A stretch of 64,000 nt of DNA, taken from a virus (Duplodnaviria > Heunggongvirae > Uroviricota > Caudoviricetes). The notes below the pieces were generated by a model. It worked only from the letters and a program-made list of their open reading frames with translations. It searched no databases and was not told the origin of the DNA. Below, one piece after another: positions 58,544-64,000 of this stretch. Within the stretch, counting starts at the first letter, position 1; each line of letters opens with the position of its first letter. The translations under genes and the position numbers were made by a program. The stretch lies in IMG/VR virus record IMGVR_UViG_3300026382_000001, one strand, 5' to 3'.

Positions 58544-59683
58544 ATGAAAGCAATTAGCGTATTTCATTTAGCAATTAAAGAAGAAGTAAAAGATATTATC
58601 GAATCGGAAACTCAAATAGTTGAGGAATCTGATAATGCCTATGGAGATAACGATGGAAATCTTTATTTCCCATTAAGTTCAGACGATATTTTACGAGATA
58701 ACGATGCCATTTTTAGATATGATGGTTCTGTAACTTCTTCGGTAAGTTCTCATTCAAGTAAAAATAAATTAAGAGATAAATTAAAATCTCAAATTAAATC
58801 GATAAAGTATGATTTATCAAAAAATTTCGATATTATGGCATTTTTAGAAAATGTTCATAATGTTCCAGAAATTTATGGAGTGCTTATTAAATCAGATTCT
58901 CGCACCCAGTATTTAATTAATCCATTGCATCCCTTAACCGCATTAGCGATTAAACTTGGACAAATTAAAATTCCCGAAAAAGGAACTATTATTATCTACG
59001 AATATAATTACGATTCTATGAATTCGAGTGAAATAGATGCTACCACTGTTGATAAGGGGTATAATATAAACTATGAAAAATCTTGGGTTTCTTATATTTC
59101 ACAATCAAAATATTTTATCAATACCGAAACAGTACAGAGAAATCTAAATCAAAATTTAGATACATATTTTACAGAACTTGAATTTTTAAGCACGTTGGAG
59201 CAAATTGATCAATTTGCTCCATTACAATTTAAAGAGGATGTTGTAAGCTCAACTATTCCAAAAGCTTTAATGGTACCTCTTCAAATGATTGTAGATAGTA
59301 TAGCTACTCCATATTACGGAATGATTCTTTTAAAGAATCCAACCCGAAGTAATTCTGTTGGTTATAATACGGGAATAATGATTTCTGGTAATATAGATCA
59401 TAGACATGGCTCCGATTATATTATGGGAGATGGTGCTGGTAAAATTTGTACAGGAAGTCTTCCAAAAGAACGTGCTAGTGGTTGGTTAACTTTAAATAGA
59501 GTTTACTTGAGTAGTATGTGGTTTGATGGTATTTTGACAAACAATAATAAAAAATGGATTAGTATGGCAACAACCGCTAAAAAAATAGCATGTGATTTTT
59601 ATAAAGTTCCTACTAAAGAAGAAGCCGCTGAAAGTCAAGAAACTGAATCAACTTCAACAGGAGAATCAAATGGAGAATGGTAA
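58544..59683 (+). CDS. Putative prokaryotic E2-like protein
   Basis: C-terminal TPYYG...SGNI...GKICTG, resembling the PN(V/I)...G.IC E2 active-site pattern; adjacent to ThiF-like gene. Confidence 0.45.
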   Translation: MKAISVFHLAIKEEVKDIIESETQIVEESDNAYGDNDGNLYFPLSSDDILRDNDAIFRYDGSVTSSVSSHSSKNKLRDKLKSQIKSIKYDLSKNFDIMAFLENVHNVPEIYGVLIKSDSRTQYLINPLHPLTALAIKLGQIKIPEKGTIIIYEYNYDSMNSSEIDATTVDKGYNINYEKSWVSYISQSKYFINTETVQRNLNQNLDTYFTELEFLSTLEQIDQFAPLQFKEDVVSSTIPKALMVPLQMIVDSIATPYYGMILLKNPTRSNSVGYNTGIMISGNIDHRHGSDYIMGDGAGKICTGSLPKERASGWLTLNRVYLSSMWFDGILTNNNKKWISMATTAKKIACDFYKVPTKEEAAESQETESTSTGESNGEW

Positions 59684-59945
59684 TATTCCAACAGCAGTTG
59701 CAGAAGGCGTAGTAATTCATAATAGTAATCTCATTATTGATAAAAAAGTTATTCGAAATACCGTTTTACTAATGAAGGTATGGAATGATATATTTAATAA
59801 ATTAAATATATTAGATAAAAAATATGATATAAACAATATTCTTAAAACGAATAATGATTTATTACATAATTTGGATTTTGGTAATTTAACTACTACATTA
59901 AAAGAATGTTTAAATGATTTAAACATTAATTTAATTTTAAATTAA
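59670..59945 (+). CDS. Hypothetical protein
   Basis: Start 59670 after AGGAG. Confidence 0.5.
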   Translation: MENGNIPTAVAEGVVIHNSNLIIDKKVIRNTVLLMKVWNDIFNKLNILDKKYDINNILKTNNDLLHNLDFGNLTTTLKECLNDLNINLILN

Positions 59946-59954
59946 AGGAGATTT

Positions 59955-60392
59955 ATGGTAGAAGTAGCATTAGATAAAGATACTTTTTTAAGATATAATA
60001 AAACGTTAGTTCATGAGGAAATGATTATTTTAAAAATTATTCCACCGGAAAAAACATTTAAAGAAGAAGAACTTAACGATGAAGAACTTAATGAAAGAAA
60101 CGAAATCGATAATAATTTTAATATTGACGCACTGGTACTTTTAGAAAACACTATTCTAAAAGTACCTTTCGAATTTCATGGGAAAAATACAAAAACATTT
60201 CAAGTTCCAAATCAGGTAGAGGAAATTAAAAAAATTTATCAAAGTTATTTAGTAACTCTTCATGAATATAGTTTAAGATCAGATACTTTATCCGAAGATG
60301 AAAAATTGGTCTTAGGTCTTTTAAAAGGTAGAATAGCTTTTTATTCAAATATGATTAAGCAATTAGATTTGCTTTCACAAATTAATTTATAA
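59955..60392 (+). CDS. Hypothetical protein
   Basis: AAGGAG SD. Confidence 0.55.
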   Translation: MVEVALDKDTFLRYNKTLVHEEMIILKIIPPEKTFKEEELNDEELNERNEIDNNFNIDALVLLENTILKVPFEFHGKNTKTFQVPNQVEEIKKIYQSYLVTLHEYSLRSDTLSEDEKLVLGLLKGRIAFYSNMIKQLDLLSQINL

Positions 60393-60401
60393 GGAATTAT
60401 T

Positions 60402-60737
60402 ATGGAAATTTTAGAACAACTGCAAAAAGACTTTGCAAAACTTGAGACTATTGAAATAGACCTCCTGACACAAATGGAAAAACATTTGGAATTATCGCAT
60501 AAAGTAGATAGTTACATCGCTGATAAAATGGATACCGAATCTAGAACATCACAGGAGAAACAAGTACTTGCCCTTAGATCAACAGATGAAAATTTTAATA
60601 ATGAAGTTCTTGAAATGAATTTAGCTAAACATAGAATTGATTTATTAAAAAATCAACTTTCTATTGTTAGTACGAGACAACGTTTAGCAGATACTATTAA
60701 TAGATATGCCGGAACACCTAATTTAATAGAGGGATAA
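60402..60737 (+). CDS. Coiled-coil hypothetical protein
   Basis: Heptad pattern; SD. Confidence 0.55.
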   Translation: MEILEQLQKDFAKLETIEIDLLTQMEKHLELSHKVDSYIADKMDTESRTSQEKQVLALRSTDENFNNEVLEMNLAKHRIDLLKNQLSIVSTRQRLADTINRYAGTPNLIEG

Positions 60738-60739
60738 AT

Positions 60740-61984
60740 ATGCAGTATATACCAGTAACAGGACTAAGTCCAGTTTCCGAAGTAAAAAATATTATTATTA
60801 ATCACTTTAACGCCGCTTTAATTAGTATTGCGGAACCAACCACTTCCCGTGGTTGGAGTATTCATCAAGTTTATCGACAGATGGATAAACTTTTTAAAAA
60901 TTTTAATGAAATCACTGATCCAAATTTGAAAACATTATTGTTAGATAGTGGTGGTTTCCAAATTCTTATGGGGTATATTTCTAAAAATAGACTTCGGGAA
61001 TATATAGATACCTATCACTTTCTTCTAAAGAAATTTCATAACAATTTTGAAAATGAAAATATTGAAACTTTGATATTTTCATTAGACGTTCTTAATAAAA
61101 ATTTATCAAAAGATGAAATTTTTAAATATAATAAACATAGTATTGAATCTAGTTTAAAAATATTTGAAAAATTTCCAAAACTTAGAGATAAACAATTATT
61201 TATTGTTCAGAGTAGATTTCCGGAAACATTAGAAATTTGGAAAAAGATTATGGAAGATAATAAAGTATTTGATATTTATTCAAGATATTCTTTTGGAGGT
61301 TTAGTAGGTCTTAAAAAAGAGACAAATGCCAAATTTAATCATTTTACTCCAATGTTATTCTGGTTAATGGGTTATGCGAAATATCTTGGAAAAGATGGTG
61401 TAATTAAACATGTACATATGTTGGGACAAAGTTCTAGATTAGCTATTATTACGGCTGTAATTTTAGAAGAAATAGTAGGTTTTGAAATTACAATGGATTC
61501 GAGCGAAATCTTAAGATTTAGTCCGATACAGGCAAAGCTTCCATTAATATATAGAAATGCCTTAAATGATAATGAATTCGAAATGGCTAGAGATATAGAT
61601 CATTTAGCAATTATGTTAGAAAACAACGTTTCATTAAAAAAAGTTGATTATAATATAGAAGAAGCATTAGAAACTTTGAAAAAAACTGGAAAAGTTTCTA
61701 ATCCGGACTTTGTAGAAATAGTTTGTCAAGGGGTTGAAAGTACATTAGCATTTGCTAATAAATTCCGGGATGATAATATGGATAAAATTCAAGATCGAAG
61801 TATTTTAGATTGGACAATACAAGATTTACAATTATACAATCCTATTTTTAAACAAGGTCGGTTAGCTCAAGAATTAGTAAATAATTTTAGATTAGCTAAA
61901 AAAGGATTAAAGCATTATGAAGATGGAACTTTTGAAGAGTACCATCAAGAAGTACATGCTTTAATTGAAGATTATTATAAATAG
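60740..61984 (+). CDS. dpdA: TGT-fold DNA 7-deazaguanine transglycosylase (DpdA-like)
   Basis: LLDSGGFQ, SLDV, FGGLVG, HVHMLG, TMDSS; co-occurs with QueC and QueE. Confidence 0.78.
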   Translation: MQYIPVTGLSPVSEVKNIIINHFNAALISIAEPTTSRGWSIHQVYRQMDKLFKNFNEITDPNLKTLLLDSGGFQILMGYISKNRLREYIDTYHFLLKKFHNNFENENIETLIFSLDVLNKNLSKDEIFKYNKHSIESSLKIFEKFPKLRDKQLFIVQSRFPETLEIWKKIMEDNKVFDIYSRYSFGGLVGLKKETNAKFNHFTPMLFWLMGYAKYLGKDGVIKHVHMLGQSSRLAIITAVILEEIVGFEITMDSSEILRFSPIQAKLPLIYRNALNDNEFEMARDIDHLAIMLENNVSLKKVDYNIEEALETLKKTGKVSNPDFVEIVCQGVESTLAFANKFRDDNMDKIQDRSILDWTIQDLQLYNPIFKQGRLAQELVNNFRLAKKGLKHYEDGTFEEYHQEVHALIEDYYK

Positions 61985-62016
61985 TTAATTAGATATTATT
62001 TCCATAAGGAAATAAT

Positions 62017-63087
62017 ATGCGTAAATTATCCCAAGAAGAAGTTATAACTAGATGTAAAAAAATTCATCCAAATTATGATTATTCTAAATCGGTATATATT
62101 AACCGTCGTACTAAAATGGAAATTATTTGTCCAGTACATGGTAGTTTTTGGCAGCGGCCAAATATGCATTTAAATGGTTCCGGGTGTCCCAGATGTTCCG
62201 GACGGATTAAAACCACTTTTGAAATTATAGATAACTTTAATAAAATTCATAAAAATAAATACGATTATTCAAAAATGAATTATAAAGGTTCCATGAAAGA
62301 AATTGAAATTATTTGCAGGATTGATAAACATGGTAGTTTTTTCCAAACTCCAAATAGTCATTTAAAAAGTGGTTGCCCTAGATGCGGCGGAACTAAAAAA
62401 TTATCAAAAACCGAATGGATTGAAAAAGCTAAATTAAAACATGGTTTAAAATATAATTATACTAAGGTAGAATATATAAATAGTATGTCAAAAGTTGAAA
62501 TTATCTGTCCAAAGCATGGGAGTTTTTTCCAAATTGCTATTAACCATATTAATCGTCAGGCTTCTGGTTGTCCGGAGTGCGTTAGAAAATCAATTTACGA
62601 ACATATAGATGATTTCAATAAGGCGCATTTTAATAAATTTAAATACATCGAAGAAACTTTTGTAAATGTTGATACTAAAATGGAAATTATTTGTCCGGTA
62701 CATGGTAGTTTTTGGCAATTACCAAGTAATCATAAATCTGGAGCAGGTTGCCCAATATGTTCTCAATCAAAAGGGGAAAGAAAAATATTAAATTTTTTAA
62801 AAGAAAATAATATAGTTTTCTTTTCCGAATATCGTTTTAAAGATTGTAAATATAAAAATACACTTCCATTTGATTTTTATTTACCAGATTATAATCTGTT
62901 GATAGAGTATGATGGAGAACAGCATTTTAAACCAATAAAGTGTTTTGGTGGCGAGAAAGAATTTAAATTAAGACGATTAAAAGATAATATAAAAACAAAG
63001 TATGCCATTAAAAATAATATATTGTTAGTGCGTTTAAGTTATCTAGATTTAGATATAATTAATGATATATTAAAAGGATTATTATAG
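62017..63087 (+). CDS. Homing endonuclease, CPxHG-repeat type (4 repeats)
   Basis: CPVHGSFWQ repeats; PFDFYLP...IEYDGEQHF. Confidence 0.88.
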   Translation: MRKLSQEEVITRCKKIHPNYDYSKSVYINRRTKMEIICPVHGSFWQRPNMHLNGSGCPRCSGRIKTTFEIIDNFNKIHKNKYDYSKMNYKGSMKEIEIICRIDKHGSFFQTPNSHLKSGCPRCGGTKKLSKTEWIEKAKLKHGLKYNYTKVEYINSMSKVEIICPKHGSFFQIAINHINRQASGCPECVRKSIYEHIDDFNKAHFNKFKYIEETFVNVDTKMEIICPVHGSFWQLPSNHKSGAGCPICSQSKGERKILNFLKENNIVFFSEYRFKDCKYKNTLPFDFYLPDYNLLIEYDGEQHFKPIKCFGGEKEFKLRRLKDNIKTKYAIKNNILLVRLSYLDLDIINDILKGLL

Positions 63088-63132
63088 ATAGCTAAAGATA
63101 GTTAACTATTCATAGTACGACTATGAATAGTT
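63087..63132. repeat. 46-bp AACTAT/ATAGTT palindromic element, second copy
   Basis: Matches 35745..35790. Confidence 0.85.
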
Positions 63133-63290
63133 TTCTCAATAAATATAAAAAGGAAGACCATACCTTTTAAATTAATTGGCCGAAGCCAAAATACTAAAAG
63201 TCTATATACAGATAATATAGATATATTTTGGTATAGTTAAAAATTCTTGGCCGAAGCCAGAATTAAACGTTTAATTTAAAGGAAATACAA

Positions 63291-64000
63291 ATGGCAGTAA
63301 ATACAAATCTCCAAGTGAATCAAGTTCTTATTCAATGGCCTTTCTTAGAAAGAGTAAATGAAACATCAAACAAGTTTAGTTTCGAATGTGTAATCCCAAT
63401 GGATCATCCACAAGCTCAAGAAATTATAGATACTTGTAATAATACTTGGGCTCAGGTTTCTGGTGGTACTAATAATCCACAAAGTATGGGATATACCGTA
63501 TTCCAACCAGGCGATCTTTCCAGAATTGCTCAAGCTCTTCATCCAATGGTAGATCCTTCTAAGAGTCATGTGATTTTTAAAGGTGTTCAAAATGCTGATA
63601 CACAATATCCAATTAAGGTTTATGATTCTCAATCTAATGAAGTACCAAACGTTGGTATCGTTGGAGAAGGAACACTAGCTAATGTTGGTGTAGTTGTATC
63701 TGGTTATGATAAACCACAACGTGGTGTTAAAATGTTTGGAAACTGGATTCAGATTCTAAGATTAGAAAAAAATAAATATACTGGTGGACATGCTCCAGCT
63801 CCAGCAGCAATCGACGGTGGTTATGTAGCTGATCAAGAAGCTATGGCTGCTCCAAGTATGCCAGCACAAGCTGCTCCAAGTATGCCAGCTGCTCCAAGTA
63901 TGCCAGCTGCTCCAGCACAAGCTGCTCCAAGTATGCCAGCTGCTCCAGCACAAGCTGCTCCAAGTATGCCAGCTGCTCCAGCACAAGCTGCTCCAAGTAT
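63291..64000 (+). CDS. Phage SSB (T7 gp2.5 / DUF2815-like) with Ala/Pro repeat tail, truncated by window end
   Basis: Not in track; ATG 63291 after AAGGA; WPFLERVNE..NKFS...IP.D.P, GVKMFGNWIQILRL, then (AAPSMP/AAPAQ)n. Confidence 0.75.
   Translation, partial: MAVNTNLQVNQVLIQWPFLERVNETSNKFSFECVIPMDHPQAQEIIDTCNNTWAQVSGGTNNPQSMGYTVFQPGDLSRIAQALHPMVDPSKSHVIFKGVQNADTQYPIKVYDSQSNEVPNVGIVGEGTLANVGVVVSGYDKPQRGVKMFGNWIQILRLEKNKYTGGHAPAPAAIDGGYVADQEAMAAPSMPAQAAPSMPAAPSMPAAPAQAAPSMPAAPAQAAPSMPAAPAQAAPS
63846..64000 (+). repeat. Low-complexity coding tandem repeats (GCTGCTCCAAGTATGCCA / GCTGCTCCAGCACAA)
   Basis: Seen directly. Confidence 0.9.

Noticed and set aside
1986-59926. Short opposite-strand or nested ORFs in the track (e.g. 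1986, 2626, 4890, 6499, 8398, 14335, 18718, 21903, 27791, 33715, 36754, 39616, 39767, 42610, 45136, 48190, 51800, 53776, 55178, 57120, 57512, 59717)
   Set aside because: They overlap well-supported genes, show no convincing SD, and have the composition typical of antisense or off-frame translation of AT-rich DNA
63762-63986. Minus-strand ORF (CWSSWHTWSS)n as a gene
   Set aside because: Antisense shadow of the plus-strand SSB repeat tail
1-64000. Stop-codon reassignment as the cause of split genes
   Set aside because: Long conserved genes are intact in the standard code, all three stops terminate genes, and the fragments are separated by unrelated genes

Overview
Very AT-rich, densely coding 64-kb segment of a large (jumbo) dsDNA phage. 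The host is most likely a Campylobacterota bacterium, judged from a near-host-like CheY and Campylobacter-phage-type CPxHG homing endonucleases. Bases 1-12851 form a minus-strand late/virion block: lysis genes, endonuclease VII, putative internal head proteins, one RNA polymerase beta gene, and a beta' active-site fragment fused to an orphan intein C-half. Bases 13214-64000 form a plus-strand block. It holds a second, four-gene split RNA polymerase, a split family-B DNA polymerase, ligase, RecJ, a clamp-loader subunit, SSBs, a 7-deazaguanine DNA-modification pathway (Gat-QueC, QueE, DpdA, a Qng1-like glycosylase, a PRTase), radical SAM and phosphoesterase genes, and most of the six free-standing homing endonucleases. 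The most notable candidates are: (i) a ubiquitin-like conjugation operon with a polyubiquitin-style tandem precursor (4 units ending AKSG), an E1/ThiF-like gene and an E2-like gene; (ii) an RNAP catalytic DxDGD motif that appears to need protein trans-splicing; (iii) a shared C-terminal KLKIKF(D/E) tag on about 10 small proteins and a shared N-terminal tag on late proteins; (iv) a 208-bp inverted repeat flanking a ~12-kb segment; (v) a structured ncRNA candidate and a stand-alone 9-codon peptide unit behind a shared promoter-like motif. All assignments come from motif recognition by eye; no database search was run.
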